Source: a bacterium
Lineage (GTDB): Bacteria > UBP7 > UBA6624 > JBBIMK01
DNA length: 17,578 nucleotides
Reading direction: 5' to 3'
Assembly: GCA_037444445.1 (NCBI GenBank)
Contig: JBBIMK010000032.1
Coordinates: forward strand, 1-17,578
Shown here: piece after piece, positions 14,880 through 17,578 of the stretch
Numbering within the stretch: position 1 is the stretch's first letter
Layout: the number at the start of each line of letters is the position of its first letter
Notes under the pieces: generated by a model
What the model was told of the DNA's origin: nothing
Seen by the model: the letters and a program-made list of their open reading frames with translations, nothing else
The model's database searches: none
Made by a program: the position numbers and the translations under genes

Positions 14880-15935
14880 TCAGGAAAGCACCGAGTGGAT
14901 AACTCCACCGCCCAGCACCCGGCTCCCATCGTAGAACACGGCGGACTGCCCGGGTGCAGGAGCCCACACCGGCTGTTTCAATGTCAGCAGGGCAGTATTC
15001 ATTCTTTCGTCGTAAGACACTTCTGCAGGCACTTCCTCAGCCCCTGCCCTGTGCTTGACCAGGCAGGTGAAGGAAGTAGCGGGTGCTGGCGTTAAGAACC
15101 TGACCCTCTCCACCCGTATCCTGTTGCCCCATAATTTTTCCCTTCTCGCTACCACCACCTGATTCAATTCCGCTCTTTTCTCCTTCACAAAAAGAGGCTC
15201 GGAGGTAGGGATTCCCAGCCCCTTTCTCTGCCCCACGGCGTAAAAGGGAACCCCCCGATGATGCCCCAGAACCCGCCCCTCTTCATCCACAATTTCTCCT
15301 TCTCGCACCGGGAAAAATTTTTCTCCTTTCCCATTCAGAAAGCAGAGGTCCTGACTTTCCCGCCTCGCGGCGTTGGATAGCCCCGCCTGACGGGCGATTT
15401 CTCTGACCTCTTCCTTCGTCCGATTCCCCAGCGGAAAGTAAATTTTTGGAAGCCACTCGGATTTCAATGTATATAAAAAATATGCCTGGTCCTTCTGAAC
15501 ATCTACCCCTTTATGAAGTTCATATTCCTTCGTGGTGTGATTTTGAAGAATACGAGCATAATGCCCGGTGGCAACCCCTTCTGCCCCCACGGCTTTTGCC
15601 TGCTGGAAAAGCCACTCAAACTTAATTTCCCGATTGCATTCCACGCATGCGTTGGGCGTGCTTCCCCGTTCATATCCCCTCACAAAAAAATTCACCACTT
15701 TTTCTTTAAACCTCTCCTCGCTGTTCACCACATAGAAAGGAATATTCAGGAATTCCGCCGTTTGACGGGCAAATTCCACTGCCTCCAGTGAACAGCAACT
15801 CCGCGGGTTGTTCCCTTTCCACAGGTGCAAAAAAATTCCTACCACCTCGTATCCTTCTTGTTTTAACAGGTAAGCGGCAGTGGAAGAATCCACGCCCCCG
15901 CTTAATCCTACCACCACTCGGGGTCCAGTATGCAC
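14880..15935 (-). CDS. mnmA: tRNA 2-thiouridine(34) synthase MnmA
   Basis: 351 aa. PP-loop VVVGLSGGVDSS. Catalytic-Cys contexts PNACVECNREIKF and ESQDLCFL. Size typical for the family. GTG start. Confidence 0.93.
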   Translation of the reverse strand: MHTGPRVVVGLSGGVDSSTAAYLLKQEGYEVVGIFLHLWKGNNPRSCCSLEAVEFARQTAEFLNIPFYVVNSEERFKEKVVNFFVRGYERGSTPNACVECNREIKFEWLFQQAKAVGAEGVATGHYARILQNHTTKEYELHKGVDVQKDQAYFLYTLKSEWLPKIYFPLGNRTKEEVREIARQAGLSNAARRESQDLCFLNGKGEKFFPVREGEIVDEEGRVLGHHRGVPFYAVGQRKGLGIPTSEPLFVKEKRAELNQVVVARREKLWGNRIRVERVRFLTPAPATSFTCLVKHRAGAEEVPAEVSYDERMNTALLTLKQPVWAPAPGQSAVFYDGSRVLGGGVIHSVLS

Positions 15936-15960
15936 GAGAACTCGTGGGAAGGAGAGAAAT

Positions 15961-16314
15961 TCAGTCGCCCGCTACTCCCATTGCGGTAAGGAAACCCTCT
16001 ACCTTTTTGGCAAAAGTTTTTTTCGGCACATATCCGATGAGCGTGTCTTTTAACTCCCCGTCTTTGAAAAATAAAACCGTGGGGATGCTCATCACATGAT
16101 ACCGGTCCGCCACCTCCGGGGAATCATCCACATTCAACTTGCACACCTTGATGCGGCCGGAGAGGTCATTTGCCACTTCCTCTATGATGGGAGAAAGCAT
16201 CCGGCAGGGTCCGCACCATTCCGCCCAGAAATCCACAATCACCGGTAATTTCTCCTGTAATACTTCCGCTTCAAAATTTTTTGCACTGACCTCTTTCGCG
16301 CTCATAGATTTCAC
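15961..16314 (-). CDS. trxA: Thioredoxin
   Basis: 117 aa with the WAEWCGPCRM active site and a typical thioredoxin fold sequence. A GGTGAGGTGA SD precedes the ATG. Confidence 0.95.
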   Translation of the reverse strand: MKSMSAKEVSAKNFEAEVLQEKLPVIVDFWAEWCGPCRMLSPIIEEVANDLSGRIKVCKLNVDDSPEVADRYHVMSIPTVLFFKDGELKDTLIGYVPKKTFAKKVEGFLTAMGVAGD

Positions 16315-16521
16315 CTCACCTGTATGGCGTTGAAATCAGGGTGGAGAGGACTCCACCGTGCCGTGTCTTACAAAGCCCCGAACCGCAGCCCAATCAGGTG
16401 GGTGCCCGTAGGTGAAGGTCCGGTACCCCGAAGGACGCCTTTCACATCATCATCCGGGCTCCCTGCGGTATGCTTTTGGGGTCGGGCTTCTCCGAATCAC
16501 GCACACAGCAGAGCCTCGTCC
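16315..16521 (-). ncRNA. Highly structured ~200-nt RNA: trxA 5' leader (possible riboswitch-like element) or independent sRNA of unknown class
   Basis: Lies between a strong promoter and the trxA SD. Nested long-range helices exist on the - strand: 16498-16513 with 16351-16365 (contains 4 G-U pairs that would be A-C on the + strand), 16482-16489 with 16373-16381, 16463-16469 with 16382-16388, and 16455-16459 with 16404-16408. There is also an apical hairpin at 16412-16445 with a CC-UUCG-GG tip. Overlapping ORFs are P/S/R-rich junk. Confidence 0.5.
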
Positions 16522-16527
16522 ACTATT

Positions 16528-16557
16528 ACTTTACCACACCCTGAATTTTATTGTCAA
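16528..16557 (-). promoter_or_regulatory. Promoter TTGACA-N18-(TGG)TAAAGT driving the structured RNA/trxA
   Basis: On the - strand, TTGACA is the reverse complement of 16552-16557, and TAAAGT is the reverse complement of 16528-16533, preceded by an extended -10 TGG. Confidence 0.6.
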
Positions 16558-16762
16558 CTCCCTCCCTCATCCCTTTCGCCTGCCACCTCCCCTCCGCTCC
16601 GAGCCTCCACACCCAACAATTCCTGCTATGAATACCGCCAGAGCCACTCTGGCTCCCGGTAAAAAAATTTCCTCACCATTTCTCATAATCCTGAAACCCA
16701 CAATATATTCGCCTTTCCAAACTCTCCTGCCCCCGTTAAATTGCTCTTTTTCTCCATCTCTT

Positions 16763-16780
16763 TGTCAAAACCACTTGACA
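16763..16780. promoter_or_regulatory. Perfect inverted repeat TGTCAA-N6-TTGACA (back-to-back -35 boxes and/or an operator)
   Basis: TGTCAA at 16763-16768, spacer AACCAC, TTGACA at 16775-16780. Confidence 0.4.
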
Positions 16781-16804
16781 AGACTCCACCTTATCCCTTA
16801 TGAT
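16775..16804 (+). promoter_or_regulatory. Candidate promoter P1, TTGACA-N18-TATGAT
   Basis: TTGACA at 16775-16780 and TATGAT at 16799-16804, followed by TCTAAAATC. Confidence 0.45.
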
Positions 16805-16925
16805 TCTAAAATCGGTAATTGAAAGTGAGCAGTGGTGCAAAGACGCTAACGGAGGGTAGAAAAGGGTAAAAAAGCCCATAATGAAGCCATTTCTGAGGTA
16901 TTTCGTGAATCCATTCTTGAAAAAC

Positions 16926-16954
16926 TTGACTTTTTTCTTCCTATCTGATACACT
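16926..16954 (+). promoter_or_regulatory. Candidate promoter P2, TTGACT-N17-TACACT, upstream of the PKD lipoprotein gene
   Basis: TTGACT at 16926-16931 and TACACT at 16949-16954, followed by CCTAAAATC (the same 8-mer as after P1). Located about 110 nt upstream of ATG 17069. Confidence 0.45.
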
Positions 16955-17068
16955 CCTAAAATCAGCAGGAATGAACAAGGAGGTCGGTAAGGCGTGAAAC
17001 CAGAAAAATTTTCTTCGGAGTGGCTTTTTTCTTCCTGTAGAAAAAATCACCGGGGAGGTGTTTTATCC

Positions 17069-17578
17069 ATGATAAAGTCAACCCGAGGTCGCTGGCTTCT
17101 TCTTTTCCTCGGCGTTCTGGTGTTTGCATACGGCTTGAGCGCCTGCGGTGGCGGGGCGGTGAATCAGCCCCCCAGGGGCACTCTCTCCGCCTCTCAGCTC
17201 TCTCAACCCACAGATATTAATGCCCCTGTGGGTGCCACCATCCGCTTCTCTGCCACCTGGTTCGACCCGGATGGCGGTAATGTCATCGCCCATCTGGAAT
17301 TCGGCGATGGCAACTCCTATGATTTCCCCCCGGGTTCCGTTTCCGGGCAGGTGGACCATACTTATACTGCCAGAGGAACTTTTCAAGCCATCCTTCAACT
17401 CACCGATGATGACTCCACTCCTACGGTGCCCATCTATGTGAATGGTGACCCCAATCACCGGATCATCATTGATAACCGTATCCCGGTTCCCATTATCAGT
17501 GCCAATCCCACCTTTGGTAACCGACCCCTCACCGTGACTTTTGATGGCGGAAACTCCTACGACCCCGACGACACTTCT
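17069..17578 (+). CDS. PKD-domain lipoprotein, 5' partial (runs off the window end)
   Basis: Not in the ORF track because no stop is reached. My translation of 170 codons has no stop. A GGGGAGGTG SD lies 8 nt upstream. Signal peptide MIKSTRGRWLLLFLGVLVFAYGLSAC has the lipobox L-S-A-C. A PKD-like module follows (RFSATWFDPDGG...EFGDG...HTYTARGTFQAILQLTDDD) and a second one begins at PLTVTFDGGNSYDPDD. Confidence 0.85.
   Translation, partial: MIKSTRGRWLLLFLGVLVFAYGLSACGGGAVNQPPRGTLSASQLSQPTDINAPVGATIRFSATWFDPDGGNVIAHLEFGDGNSYDFPPGSVSGQVDHTYTARGTFQAILQLTDDDSTPTVPIYVNGDPNHRIIIDNRIPVPIISANPTFGNRPLTVTFDGGNSYDPDDTS

Noticed and set aside
16380-16450. Local resemblance of the trxA leader to SRP RNA helix 8 (AGGUGAAGGUCCGG on the + strand) and to the TPP riboswitch (ACCUGAU on the - strand).
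   Set aside because: The SRP-like string lacks the GGAA tetraloop and AGCAGC strand, and it lies on the strand disfavoured by the G-U pairs. The TPP-like string lacks the obligatory CUGAGA element. Both look coincidental.
16324-16822. + strand ORFs 16324-16662 (112 aa) and 16412-16822 (136 aa) across the trxA upstream region.
   Set aside because: Their translations are P/S/R/H-rich with no SD or motifs. The region is better explained by a promoter plus extensive - strand RNA secondary structure.
16736-17050. 104-aa - strand ORF in the trxA/PKD divergent region, and 17078-17458 (-) antisense to the PKD gene.
   Set aside because: The first is K/R/F-rich, as expected from an AT-rich promoter region, and has no SD. 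The second is a shadow of the PKD lipoprotein ORF.

Overview
This is a bacterial chromosomal window. Evidence: Shine-Dalgarno-led genes, sigma70-like TTGACA/TATAAT promoters and lipoprotein lipoboxes. The lineage cannot be named from the sequence alone. Left third (362-7089, + strand): a seven-gene operon with almost every stop/start junction overlapping. It encodes a four-subunit OorDABC/KorDABC-type 2-oxoacid:ferredoxin oxidoreductase, followed directly by HdrC, HdrB and an 800-aa HdrA carrying a C-terminal MvhD-like domain. No hydrogenase, formate dehydrogenase or NADH module is present. I consider this the most interesting candidate system: an OFOR-coupled, possibly electron-bifurcating Hdr module. 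Middle (- strand): a 1281-aa secreted protein with a signal peptide, a CBM4/9-like module, a large uncharacterised core and about 7 propeller-like C-terminal repeats. Upstream of it lie an apparently frameshifted small lipoprotein gene and a Fur-family regulator with a probably leaderless mRNA. Right third: two uncharacterised + strand ORFs, a 26-bp x3 tandem repeat, a - strand trxA-mnmA-(half-size TauE/SafE) operon, and the 5' part of a PKD-domain lipoprotein gene that runs off the window. Noncoding highlights: (1) a ~100-135-nt intergenic element present twice (194-294 and 12130-12230; 82/101 identical, ungapped); (2) a ~200-nt heavily base-paired leader or sRNA between a strong promoter and trxA; (3) a C/G-tract-rich tandem repeat with G-quadruplex potential. 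No rRNA, tRNA, CRISPR array, transposase or integrase was recognised. All calls come from reading the sequence and ORF translations by eye; no database search was run.
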